Positions 1 to 7,803 of a stretch of 64,000 nucleotides of DNA are shown piece after piece (position 1 is the stretch's first letter; every line of letters begins with the position of its first letter). The notes below the pieces were generated by a model. The model made no database searches and was not told the origin of the DNA. It saw only the letters and a program-made list of their open reading frames with translations. The DNA lies in IMG/VR virus record IMGVR_UViG_3300045988_172839, positions 1 to 64,000 of that record, one strand, 5' to 3'. A program made the position numbers and the translations under genes. The DNA is from a virus.

Positions 1-60
1 GTTCGAACCAGTGACATCATGATTAACAGTCATGCGCTCTACCAACTGAGCTATGGTGGA
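1..60 (-). tRNA. tRNA-Asn (anticodon GTT), 3' part cut off by window start
   Basis: Reverse complement reads TCCACCA-TA-GCTCAGTTGGTAGAGC-G-CATGA-CTGTTAA-TCATG-ATGTC-ACTGGTTCGAAC. This gives an acceptor 5' half, D arm, anticodon stem-loop with GTT and the start of the T arm. Confidence 0.8.
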
Positions 61-366
61 TTGAACCCCCTAATGTACCCGTTTGGTAAGAAGCTGACAA
101 CTACTAATTAAACGAAAGTAACATAAGGAAGAGTTTGGTTTAAATAGAAGCGAAACTAGATTTCTCATTCGATACCCATTGACAAAAGAGGTATCAAATT
201 AAAGCAAGTTCAAAATAAACCAAAGTTTGTAAACGAACGCGTTTCGTTTGTTTATTGTTCTTTTTGTCTTTTGTGGATTTCTGTTCCTAAAACTAGAATT
301 AAACATTTCGAAAACAAGAACAGGGTCCGCTAACTAAAATCTGCGCGCTAAGAGAATAGTTAGTTA

Positions 367-439
367 TGACTCGGACTGGGTTTGAACCAGTCACCCATCA
401 ATTAAAAGTCGATTGCTCTTCCAACTGAGCTACCGAGTC
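367..439 (-). tRNA. tRNA-Lys (anticodon TTT)
   Basis: Reverse complement reads GACTCGG-TA-GCTCAGTTGGAAGAGC-A-ATCGA-CTTTTAA-TTGAT-GGGTG-ACTGGTTCAAACCCAGT-CCGAGTC-A. It folds into a full 73-nt cloverleaf by hand. Confidence 0.85.
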
Positions 440-466
440 TAAAGGAGAAACCATTTAAAATGGTTA

Positions 467-540
467 TGGTGCGAGACAGAATCGAACTGCCGACGCATGG
501 AGCTTCAATCCAACGCTCTACCAAACTGAGCTATCGCACC
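467..540 (-). tRNA. tRNA-Phe (anticodon GAA)
   Basis: Reverse complement reads GGTGCGA-TA-GCTCAGTTTGGTAGAGC, anticodon loop TTGAAGC, T arm GGCAGTTCGATTCTGTC and acceptor TCGCACC-A. Confidence 0.85.
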
Positions 541-1069
541 GAAAAGGGATACCCTCAACACCTTTGGTATCTTGTATAGGAGAACCATGAACCCATACAT
601 TTTTAGACCTCAACCTAGTACATTCGGATTGAGATTGTCTGTGTTTTTCGTTAGTTAGAAAATGTACTTCTTAACTAACTGGCTTTAAAAACGACTTCTT
701 CGACAAATTTGATACCCATAAGTGGAGATGTCTCCATCGTTTTGCAACTGAGTTTTATTCTTGGTTTACTGAACGGGTTTGTTCTTACTCTGAACCGTCT
801 GCACATGTTCTGCTTGAAAGCAGTAAACCTCACCAACCTTATCTTAACTAGCTTTAGCCTGCTAATCGAACCGTTGGCGTCACCTCGTATCGCTGAGGGG
901 CGTTAGTAGAGGACTAACCTTCTACTTAGGTGTCCTTACTTCTAAGAGTAAGAATCTCAAGCATTCACACAACGGTTACACATTATGCTTGTGCTATAAC
1001 GATTTAACAACCTTTCACAGTTGCTAAACCCAAGTTGCAATGAATTACTTCAAAACAATCTTTCCGGCA

Positions 1070-1142
1070 TGACTCGAACTGGGCTTGAACCAATGACCTT
1101 CTGCTTGTAAGACAGATGCTCTCCCAACTGAGCTATCGAGTC
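1070..1142 (-). tRNA. tRNA-Val (anticodon TAC)
   Basis: Reverse complement reads GACTCGA-TA-GCTCAGTTGGGAGAGC-A-TCTGT-CTTACAA-GCAGA-AGGTC-ATTGGTTCAAGCCCAGT-TCGAGTC-A. Confidence 0.85.
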
Positions 1143-1441
1143 TAAATATAGCATTATGTAACTATCCAAAACGTGTCCATCACTTTTTTTGTTAGTTTCG
1201 AACCTAACTTAAAAAGCTCCTCCACACATCATCCGTTTTAGCTACCACCCCTTCACAATAATTCAAAAGTCAGCTACACTTCATCACCATTATTGTCGCC
1301 CTAGTTCAGTGATTCGAGCGGGGAAATAGTTACAAGTTCATCATTTTTGATTTCTTAAACGCTTTGTCATTGTTTAAGAAACTACACTTCCTTTATGTGT
1401 CTCAGAAAGACAATGATGTGGGTTTATACCCAAATCTATAA

Positions 1442-1514
1442 TGAACCGAGCAGGACTTGAACCTACGACCAACGGATTAAAAGTCCGCTACTCTACCAAC
1501 TGAGTTATCGGTTC
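1442..1514 (-). tRNA. tRNA-Lys (anticodon TTT), second and different copy
   Basis: Reverse complement reads GAACCGA-TA-ACTCAGTTGGTAGAGT-A-GCGGA-CTTTTAA-TCCGT-TGGTC-GTAGGTTCAAGTCCTGC-TCGGTTC-A. Confidence 0.8.
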
Positions 1515-1540
1515 TAATGAGATACCCAACAATAAAGTTA

Positions 1541-1650
1541 GGATGCGAACAAGGGGAATCGAACCCCCGATTATCGGAATCGAACCGATGTACAAGTGCG
1601 ACTTGTAGAACCAACCTGCCTTACCAACACTTAGGGCAGCCACATTATCC
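1541..1650 (-). ncRNA. tRNA-like RNA, cloverleaf not resolved (two tandem T-arm-like hairpins plus a 7-bp hairpin)
   Basis: The minus strand contains ATCGG-TTCGATT-CCGAT and GGGGG-TTCGATT-CCCCT four nt apart, and a perfect hairpin TACAAGT-CGC-ACTTGTA. A possible acceptor pairing is GCGGATA/TGTTCGC with two G-T pairs. At ~109 nt it is too long for a standard tRNA. Confidence 0.3.
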
Positions 1651-1691
1651 GCAACAAGGTTTTTATTCCCACCGCCGTGGGGAAACCTCAA

Positions 1692-1766
1692 TGATTCCAG
1701 TAGGGTTCGAACCTACAAACCACACGCTTAGAAGGCGAATGCTCTATCCAGTTGAGCTATGGAACC
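1692..1766 (-). tRNA. tRNA-Arg (anticodon TCT)
   Basis: Reverse complement reads GGTTCCA-TA-GCTCAACTGGATAGAGC, anticodon loop CTTCTAA, T arm TGTAGGTTCGAACCCTAC and acceptor TGGAATC-A. The anticodon stem has one mismatch. Confidence 0.75.
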
Positions 1767-1777
1767 TATTTATGTTA

Positions 1778-1861
1778 TGCGCAGAGAGGGAATCGAACCC
1801 TCACGAACCAATGTTCCTAGGATTTTAAGTCCTATGCGTCTGCCAATTCCGCCATCCGCGC
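1778..1861 (-). tRNA. tRNA-Leu (anticodon TAA), class II with long variable arm
   Basis: Reverse complement reads GCGCGGA-TG-GCGGAATTGGCAGACGC-A-TAGGA-CTTAAAA-TCCTA, a variable arm, T arm GAGGGTTCGATTCCCTC and acceptor TCTGCGC-A. Confidence 0.85.
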
Positions 1862-2412
1862 TTTGAAGGATACCCTCTGGTGAGGGAAATCAATATCATC
1901 ATTGATTTTTGGAGTTATCCTATCCTAAAAACCTTTGTTTTAATCAAAGATTCAAGTCGAAATTTCAACTCAAAATTTCAACTCTAAACAAACGTGAGGA
2001 CTCCAACCTCATTAAATCAGCAACTTGACCGTTTGCGACTAGGTGCAGAACTAATAACCCAAGAGAGCGTTCATCCTTCGTCATCTGGACCCGTCGTATC
2101 CTTGAACAGTCGAACCAATGCGCTAAAGGTTTAAAGCTTAAATTCAACTATTCGATACACACCTTTTGTTTTATGTAAATGGAAAGTCGAACCAGACCGT
2201 TCGGAGATTCTTAACTTGACCATCTAAGTTAAGACATAAACTTTAACTATACGACTTTCTGCTAAAGTTTATGTTATGCCTAGCACATGACACTGTGTTC
2301 ACAGAAAACACACCTACGTAAGCTAGGAAATAAAAGTGCAGTTGAACACTGCAATAAGTATCTGACGGAATTAAACCGCCAAGTGGAATCCACTGCAATC
2401 AAGCGATACCTA

Positions 2413-2434
2413 ACCTACTTCATTAGAAGTAGGT
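2413..2434 (-). terminator. Hairpin downstream of the HU gene (weak U-tract)
   Basis: 9-bp stem ACCTACTTC/GAAGTAGGT with a 4-nt loop, about 35 nt after the stop codon. The trailing T-run is poor. Confidence 0.35.
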
Positions 2435-2467
2435 ACTATTATGTTAGATAAATTACATTTACCTAAA

Positions 2468-2743
2468 TTATTTTACAGCTTCTTTAAGAGCTTTACCTGC
2501 TTTGAATGCCGGAACTTTAGTAGCTGCGATTGTGATTTCTTGACCTGTTTGTGGGTTGCGACCTTTACGTTCTGCACGTTCGCGAACTTCAAAGTTACCA
2601 AAACCAATAAGTTGAACTTTTTCACCTTCAGTAAGGAACTCTGAAACTGCTGAAAATACAGCGTCTACTGCTTTACCAGCATCTTTCTTAGTCAATTCAG
2701 TAGCTTCTGCTACTTTTGCAATCAAATCTTGTTTGTTAGCCAT
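2468..2743 (-). CDS. hup: HU-type DNA-binding protein
   Basis: 91 aa. Contains [13 protein letters not shown]...[24 protein letters not shown]...[10 protein letters not shown], the canonical HU/IHF arm signature. It closely resembles streptococcal HU as I recall it. Confidence 0.9.
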   Translation of the reverse strand: MANKQDLIAKVAEATELTKKDAGKAVDAVFSAVSEFLTEGEKVQLIGFGNFEVRERAERKGRNPQTGQEITIAATKVPAFKAGKALKEAVK

Positions 2744-2794
2744 GTGTAGGCTCCTTTCTTTATTTGTTAGCCTTTTGGCTAACTTACAATAAAC

Positions 2795-2823
2795 ATTATA
2801 TCACACAAACCCAGTTCTGTCAA
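2795..2823 (-). promoter_or_regulatory. Consensus sigma-A promoter for the HU gene
   Basis: The minus strand reads TTGACA, a 17-nt spacer, then TGaTATAAT (extended -10). The -10 is at 2795-2800 and the -35 at 2818-2823. Confidence 0.7.
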
Positions 2824-2928
2824 CAGTTTTACTTAAATTTCTTTAAAAAAGTGTTGATTTATAAAGGTTTGCGCTGAAAAGCCTATTATATCAACGTTTC
2901 TAAGACCTAAAAATTTCGAAAACTTTAC

Positions 2929-3594
2929 TCAATTTGAGTGTTTTAGAGTCTTTTCTAAAATATCTTTAACAAAATCCGGTGCTTGGAGAGTCACAACCGT
3001 CCGAATTGTGGACGAAGGGAAGATACCGCTCTTGCGAGAGTCCTCTGAGTTTTCTCTGTTGTCTCCCAAAAGGAAATACTCTCTTTCTCCTATAGTTGTA
3101 GTTAAACCTTTGTGCGCTCCTAACCAAGTTGTAGTGTCTTCCACCATCTTCTTAGTTTCAGTTGAATTATCTTCTAACGCACCATTAACGTAAATTCCAT
3201 TATCTAAGACCTTTATTTGGTCTCCTTCTACTGCTACAACTCTCTTCACAATGCGAACGCGATCCGACACATTATAGGCAGTTACAATATCTCCTCTTTG
3301 TGGGTGTTTGAACTCTTTAATGGTGCTAAACCAAACTTGACCATCTTTCATAGCTGGGTCCATCGAGGAACCTGAAATCTTAATTGGACTGAAAGTCAAT
3401 TTCAAGATCATTAAAATAGCAAAGATGAAAATAAAAGATACTGTAAAATCTCTCAAAAACTTTAAGATACCGCTCTTTTCTTTTTTCTTAGGTTTCTGAC
3501 TACGAGTATAAATTGATTCTTTTATCGGTGCAGACTCTAACTCAAACTCTTCAACCGTTAACTCTCCTAAAACGCTTGTTTTATCCTTAGACAT
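2929..3594 (-). CDS. lepB: Signal peptidase I (S26 family)
   Basis: 221 aa with an N-terminal TM segment. Contains SGSSMDPAM (catalytic Ser box), IVKRVVAVEGD (Lys box) and GDNRENSEDSR (box E). Confidence 0.85.
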   Translation of the reverse strand: MSKDKTSVLGELTVEEFELESAPIKESIYTRSQKPKKKEKSGILKFLRDFTVSFIFIFAILMILKLTFSPIKISGSSMDPAMKDGQVWFSTIKEFKHPQRGDIVTAYNVSDRVRIVKRVVAVEGDQIKVLDNGIYVNGALEDNSTETKKMVEDTTTWLGAHKGLTTTIGEREYFLLGDNRENSEDSRKSGIFPSSTIRTVVTLQAPDFVKDILEKTLKHSN

Positions 3595-3602
3595 ACGACA
3601 AA

Positions 3603-4070
3603 TTATTCCCCTTCTGTCTCAGTTTGCACTTCAGATATCTCTTCAGAAACCACCTCAGAAGGCTCAGATTTATCCTCTGCACCACTTGTAGGAGATAAAC
3701 TGGTAGAAACTTCATGGTTAGATAACAAGCGCTTAAAATAGTTATCTGGGCGTTCTAAGTCATTTGTAATTGGTTTAAACATAAAAGTTAAATAGTTACG
3801 AATTTGTAAGTACAAAACTGCATGGTAAAAAACAGATACCGAAAGACCTACACTAATAACTCCAAGTAATACAAATAAAGACCATTGAGCTAACCCAACC
3901 GTAAACCAATAGTTGACAGTTGAAAATAAAACAATAACAAGTAACATCAACTGAGCATATACACGCTCCCTTATAGAACCATAATAACTTAACATTTTAT
4001 CAGTGCTATAACTCTCAGTTTTCTTTACCAAATGTTTTAAAACTAAATGTAACAAAAAATCTCGAATCAT
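3603..4070 (-). CDS. Hypothetical multi-pass membrane protein with acidic C-tail
   Basis: 155 aa with several hydrophobic segments (LMLLVIVLFSTVNYWFTVGL, LFVLLGVISVGLSVSVF). It is co-directional and tightly packed with its neighbours. Confidence 0.6.
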   Translation of the reverse strand: MIRDFLLHLVLKHLVKKTESYSTDKMLSYYGSIRERVYAQLMLLVIVLFSTVNYWFTVGLAQWSLFVLLGVISVGLSVSVFYHAVLYLQIRNYLTFMFKPITNDLERPDNYFKRLLSNHEVSTSLSPTSGAEDKSEPSEVVSEEISEVQTETEGE

Positions 4071-4138
4071 GTAAATGATACCCTTTCTAAATTGAAAGAG
4101 GACTGCGCTTAACAGTCCTCAAACGCACAAACTAAAGT

Positions 4139-7100
4139 TTAATTTCCTTTAGATGCTTTCTTTCTTCTACGAGGTTTTCTCTTCTTACCTTTTGGTTTGT
4201 CCTCATCTAGAACCTCAGTTTCTTCTGCAAGAATAGAAGTTTTTTCTTCATCTTCTAAAACAGAAGTGTGTTCTTCGTCTTCTAAGATAGAAGTTTGTTC
4301 AGCAGTTTCCTCATCAAGAATTGAAGTCTGTTCAGCCGTTTCTTCTTCCAATACAGAAGTTTGCTCAGAAGTCTCTTCATCGAGAATAGAAGTCTGCTCA
4401 GAAGTTTCTTCTGCCAATACAGAAGTTTGTTCAGCAGTTTCTTCTCCAAGAACACCTGTGAACTCATCTGTTAATACAGAAGTTTCAGCAACTACACCCG
4501 TTTCATCTAAAGGCAGAGTTGATGTAGAACTATCATCAGTTGCAGCATCACCCATAGTTGGAACAACTACTACTGGTTCTTCTTTAATAGAGTTCAAAAG
4601 CTCAGAAGCTACAGAACCACTATCCTCTAACTCAGTTGTTTCAGTTACTCCTGTATCGGAAGTTGAACTTGCTGAGTTTGAACCATTACTTGATGAAGCT
4701 AAACTTTCAGCTTCAGTACCAATATGTGCACCTCTGCGGAGTTCTTCAAGTTCTTGTTCCTTACGTTTACGTTTACGAACCGCAGCGAACCACCAAACAA
4801 GTAAACCACTGAAGAAACCGATACCTAATGTGCCCGCAGCTAATTTAAAGTTATCAGAACCAAAGAATGCTTGCACCGCAGTTGCAGTAACTACTACACC
4901 CTCAATTTTCTGAGTGGTTGTATTCCCTGCTAAATCGACTACCTCAACCTCAATAGAGTATGGAGTATCTGAGTTCTCTAAGTCAAGGACTTTTTCACCT
5001 TTCAATAACTCATCTTTAGTAAATTCATAAACTTTACCATTGATTAACACTCGAACACGTGCAAGACCAATATTGTCTTTTACCAAGACTTTAAACTGAT
5101 GTTTTGCTGCATTATATTTACCATTGTTAGTAATACCTTCAATTTTCAACTCCGGTACAATACTATCCAATACAAATTGGAATTGTACGGAAGCATTTGA
5201 AGAGGATGCATGACCGTCAACATCTACGGTTGCAACCGAGATAGACCATACCCCATTTTCTTTGAAGCCATCTTTGTTAAAGGTATAAGTGTAAGTGTAA
5301 GAACCATCTTCTTCTTTCTTCTCATCTACTTTAACCAAACTTGCATCTACGGTTACTACCTTACCATCTAAGGTAAAGGTGAACTTAGTTTTACTTGTAT
5401 CTAGTCGTGTAGTTGAGTGTTCTGAAAGTTTCAAGTCCTCACTTAAACGCTGGTAGTAAGCACCATTCACATCTTTATTCAACCAATCGTAAGTTGAACC
5501 ATTTTTGTTTACTGCATAAGTAATAGTCTTCTCAGATACTTGACCTTTATCATCAGTTACTTGTACCTTAACTGTATAAACCCCATCTTTTTCTGGTAGA
5601 TTATCTGCTACGAAAGAACCATTAACTACTCGACCAGTTAACTCAGTTGTACCGTCTTGTGAAGACACAGTGGCTTTAACATTTTGAACAGAACCTCCAG
5701 ATACCCCAATGGTGATTTTATCTGGACCATCAACATAGTTTGTTTGGTTAGACACCCCACCAATGTTAATGTTATCACTCGGTCTTGGAGTATTTGTATT
5801 ACCATTTGTATTGTCATGGTCTTGACTTGGAGCCGGAACTGGAGCAACATCTCGTCCAAAAATGTCACTTGGGTTAAGTGGACTTGGAGTTGGTGTTGTT
5901 GGAGCATCTGGTAATACTGGTGCACTTGGGGTTACTGGTGGAGTAGGTACAATAGGCGCAATAGGTTCACTTGGATTAAGTGGTAAAGTAGGAGTTGTAA
6001 CCGAACCTCCATTATCTGGAACTGGTGTCGGAGTAGGAGTTGGAGTAGGTTCCGGAGTCGGAGTCGGAGTTGGATCTGGTGTTGGTGTTGGTGTTGGAGT
6101 TGGTTCCGGAATTGGCGTCGGAGTCGGTTCTGGGGTTGGAGTTGGGCGAGAAGGCTCATTAGGTAAAGCATCTGGCATGAAGTCAAAGTCTTTACCATTT
6201 AATCTGAAAACTCCAGATTTAAAAGTTTTACCAAAGCTTGAAGTATTAGATGAATCTAATAAGAACTCATAAACACCATAAGGCAATGTAGAACTATCAA
6301 ATTTGTATGAGCCACTATCTAAAGTTGCAGTTAAACTATACTTATTATCTAGTGAATGTAACGTAAGAGTTTTAGGTAAAATATCACCCACAATTAACTC
6401 TTTTGGAGTCAAAGTTAAAGTAGTTTTTGAACTCTCTGTAACATAATCATACTTCGTATTATTAACCACAGACCCTAATAATTCTTTGTGCTCAACACCT
6501 TCTTTATCAGTATAAATGAGTTCCAAAGTAGAATTTACTGGAAGAATATCTCCGTCAATACCATGAGACTCATAAGTTGTACCATTTACTAAGGTTTGAA
6601 TAAGTTTCACAGAATCTTGAGGGATACCCTCTGGTACGTGTACTTTAACTTTTGGTTTTTCATTTGTACTTACAGTATAAGTGTTGTCTTGTTTCTTTAC
6701 AAGTTCCTCATTATCAAAAGTTAGAGTGGGTTTTTCTTCTTTTGGTTTCTCATCTTCTGTTGGAGGTGTTGTTGGAGTTTCCTCCTTCGGGTTATCTCCT
6801 TCTGTTGGTGGAGTTATAGGGTTTTCCTCCTTTGGTTTATCCCCATCTTTAGGTTGTTCACCCTCTGTTGGAGGAGTCGTAGGTTGCTCCTCTTTTGGTT
6901 TCTCTCCTTCTGTTGGTGGAGTTACTGGTTCGCTTGGATTTGAAGGAGTTTCTTCCTTCGGTTTATCTCCGTCACTTGGAGGAGTTGTAGGCTCACTTGG
7001 TGTCGGAGTTGTAGGAGTTTCCTCTTTTGGTTTTTCACCCTCTGTTTGAGGTGTTGTTGGTTCACTTGGAGTCGCGGGTGCATCCTCTTTAGGCTTCTCA

Positions 7101-7696
7101 CCTTCTGTTGGTGGAGTTGTAGGTTCACTTGGAGTCTCACTAGGTTGACCCTCAGAAGGGGTGGATACCGGGTTATCTTCCTTTGGAGTTTCTTCTGAAT
7201 TATTCGGTGTGTTATTAGAAGCTCCAGAATCGCCTGTAGGTGCATTTGAAGTTGACCCCTCATTATTACCCTCTACCAGTTGTTCAGAGGAAACTGGGGC
7301 ATTCTGAGAAGGCTCAGAAGTGCTTAGTGCAGAAGTCTCACTATTAGGTTCAGAATTTTTCGGAGACTCATCTTTAGACTCTGTATTAGTGTTTTTGGGT
7401 GTGTCTGCTTTTGGAGTGTCCCCCACTTTTGGTGTTTCCAAAGGTGTTGGAAGTGTTTCCGAGTTTGGAGTGGATACCGGTTGGGTTGTACCTCCATTAT
7501 TGTTATTGTTTGTCGGTGTGTTACTTGTTGGAGCAGTTGGTTCAATCGTAACCGTAGGCGAAACTCGGTCGAAACCACCTTGTTCCTCTGCACCTACGGA
7601 ACCAACCGTTGCTACGGTTGCTACTGCTGCTGCAGCAACTACCCCTCTTCTTACGCTCAAACGTAAGGCTTTCTTACGTTTCATTTCTTTTGACAT
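4139..7696 (-). CDS. Large surface-exposed type-I membrane repeat protein (no LPXTG)
   Basis: 1185 aa. Signal peptide MSKEMKRKKALRLSVRRGVVAAAAVATVATVGSVGA. Contains PTEGEKPKEE-type and PTPTPEP repeats and beta-rich central domains. One TM segment (LGIGFFSGLLVWWFAAV-RKRKRK) is followed by an acidic cytoplasmic tail with EETxEQTSxL repeats and a basic C-terminus. Confidence 0.85.
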   Translation of the reverse strand: MSKEMKRKKALRLSVRRGVVAAAAVATVATVGSVGAEEQGGFDRVSPTVTIEPTAPTSNTPTNNNNNGGTTQPVSTPNSETLPTPLETPKVGDTPKADTPKNTNTESKDESPKNSEPNSETSALSTSEPSQNAPVSSEQLVEGNNEGSTSNAPTGDSGASNNTPNNSEETPKEDNPVSTPSEGQPSETPSEPTTPPTEGEKPKEDAPATPSEPTTPQTEGEKPKEETPTTPTPSEPTTPPSDGDKPKEETPSNPSEPVTPPTEGEKPKEEQPTTPPTEGEQPKDGDKPKEENPITPPTEGDNPKEETPTTPPTEDEKPKEEKPTLTFDNEELVKKQDNTYTVSTNEKPKVKVHVPEGIPQDSVKLIQTLVNGTTYESHGIDGDILPVNSTLELIYTDKEGVEHKELLGSVVNNTKYDYVTESSKTTLTLTPKELIVGDILPKTLTLHSLDNKYSLTATLDSGSYKFDSSTLPYGVYEFLLDSSNTSSFGKTFKSGVFRLNGKDFDFMPDALPNEPSRPTPTPEPTPTPIPEPTPTPTPTPDPTPTPTPEPTPTPTPTPVPDNGGSVTTPTLPLNPSEPIAPIVPTPPVTPSAPVLPDAPTTPTPSPLNPSDIFGRDVAPVPAPSQDHDNTNGNTNTPRPSDNINIGGVSNQTNYVDGPDKITIGVSGGSVQNVKATVSSQDGTTELTGRVVNGSFVADNLPEKDGVYTVKVQVTDDKGQVSEKTITYAVNKNGSTYDWLNKDVNGAYYQRLSEDLKLSEHSTTRLDTSKTKFTFTLDGKVVTVDASLVKVDEKKEEDGSYTYTYTFNKDGFKENGVWSISVATVDVDGHASSSNASVQFQFVLDSIVPELKIEGITNNGKYNAAKHQFKVLVKDNIGLARVRVLINGKVYEFTKDELLKGEKVLDLENSDTPYSIEVEVVDLAGNTTTQKIEGVVVTATAVQAFFGSDNFKLAAGTLGIGFFSGLLVWWFAAVRKRKRKEQELEELRRGAHIGTEAESLASSSNGSNSASSTSDTGVTETTELEDSGSVASELLNSIKEEPVVVVPTMGDAATDDSSTSTLPLDETGVVAETSVLTDEFTGVLGEETAEQTSVLAEETSEQTSILDEETSEQTSVLEEETAEQTSILDEETAEQTSILEDEEHTSVLEDEEKTSILAEETEVLDEDKPKGKKRKPRRRKKASKGN
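4215..4450 (-). repeat. Tandem 30-bp coding repeats (EETxEQTS[VI]L units) in the cytoplasmic tail of the surface protein
   Basis: About 6-7 near-identical 30-bp units are visible directly in the DNA (cagaagtttgttcagcagtttcttc...) and in the protein. Confidence 0.8.
6005..6150 (-). repeat. Pro-Thr dipeptide repeat region (PTPTPEPTPTP...)
   Basis: Low-complexity ggagt(t/c)gg periodic DNA. The protein reads PSRPTPTPEPTPTPIPEPTPTPTPTPDPTPTPTPEPTPTPTPTP. Confidence 0.8.
6736..7144 (-). repeat. Degenerate ~13-aa repeats (TPPTEGEKPKEE-like) near the N-terminus of the surface protein
   Basis: At least 8 units of the form xPTTPPTEGEKPKEEx in the translated ORF. Confidence 0.75.
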
Positions 7697-7730
7697 TCGT
7701 TATCCTCAGTCTTTCTGCTAGTTTTACACG

Positions 7731-7753
7731 AAAAAGGGAGGCAAACTCCCTTT
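7731..7753 (-). terminator. Intrinsic terminator-like hairpin between 7804..8364 and the surface-protein gene
   Basis: The minus strand reads AAAGGGAG-tttgc-CTCCCTTT followed by TTTTCG. Confidence 0.6.
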
Positions 7754-7763
7754 ACCTAAAAGT

Positions 7764-7791
7764 ATTATAGCACAACTTACTTATTATGCAA
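7764..7791 (-). promoter_or_regulatory. Sigma-A-like promoter upstream of the surface-protein gene
   Basis: The minus strand reads TTGCAT, a 16-nt spacer, then TGcTATAAT. It lies upstream of the 7731-7753 hairpin. Confidence 0.5.
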
Positions 7792-7803
7792 GTCTTTTAT
7801 GCC

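Noticed and set aside
709-906. 65-aa plus-strand ORF in a tRNA spacer
   Set aside because: It has a TTG start with no Shine-Dalgarno sequence. It is on the opposite strand to everything else, and its hydrophobic low-information sequence is unconvincing.
1517-1828. 103-aa plus-strand ORF and 1488..1691 minus-strand ORF in the tRNA region
   Set aside because: They overlap four tRNA or tRNA-like genes, and the tRNA cloverleaves explain the sequence.
1-2467. tRNA cluster as a prophage or ICE integration site
   Set aside because: There are several co-oriented tRNAs with element-like spacing. I saw no integrase and no direct repeats of a tRNA 3' end. The polar motif continues through the tRNA region, which suggests it belongs to the same replicon.
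4197-4913. 238-aa plus-strand ORF (Ser/Val/Cys-rich)
   Set aside because: It is exactly antisense to the acidic repeat tail of the surface-protein gene. It is a low-complexity mirror of the repeats, has no RBS, and would be the only plus-strand gene in a uniformly minus-strand array.
5862-7049. Plus-strand ORFs 5862..6272 and 6681..7049 (GVGVG / SSFGFSPSVGG repeats)
   Set aside because: They are antisense read-through of the Pro-Thr and PTEGEKPKEE repeat DNA. Open frames are expected from repeat composition alone.
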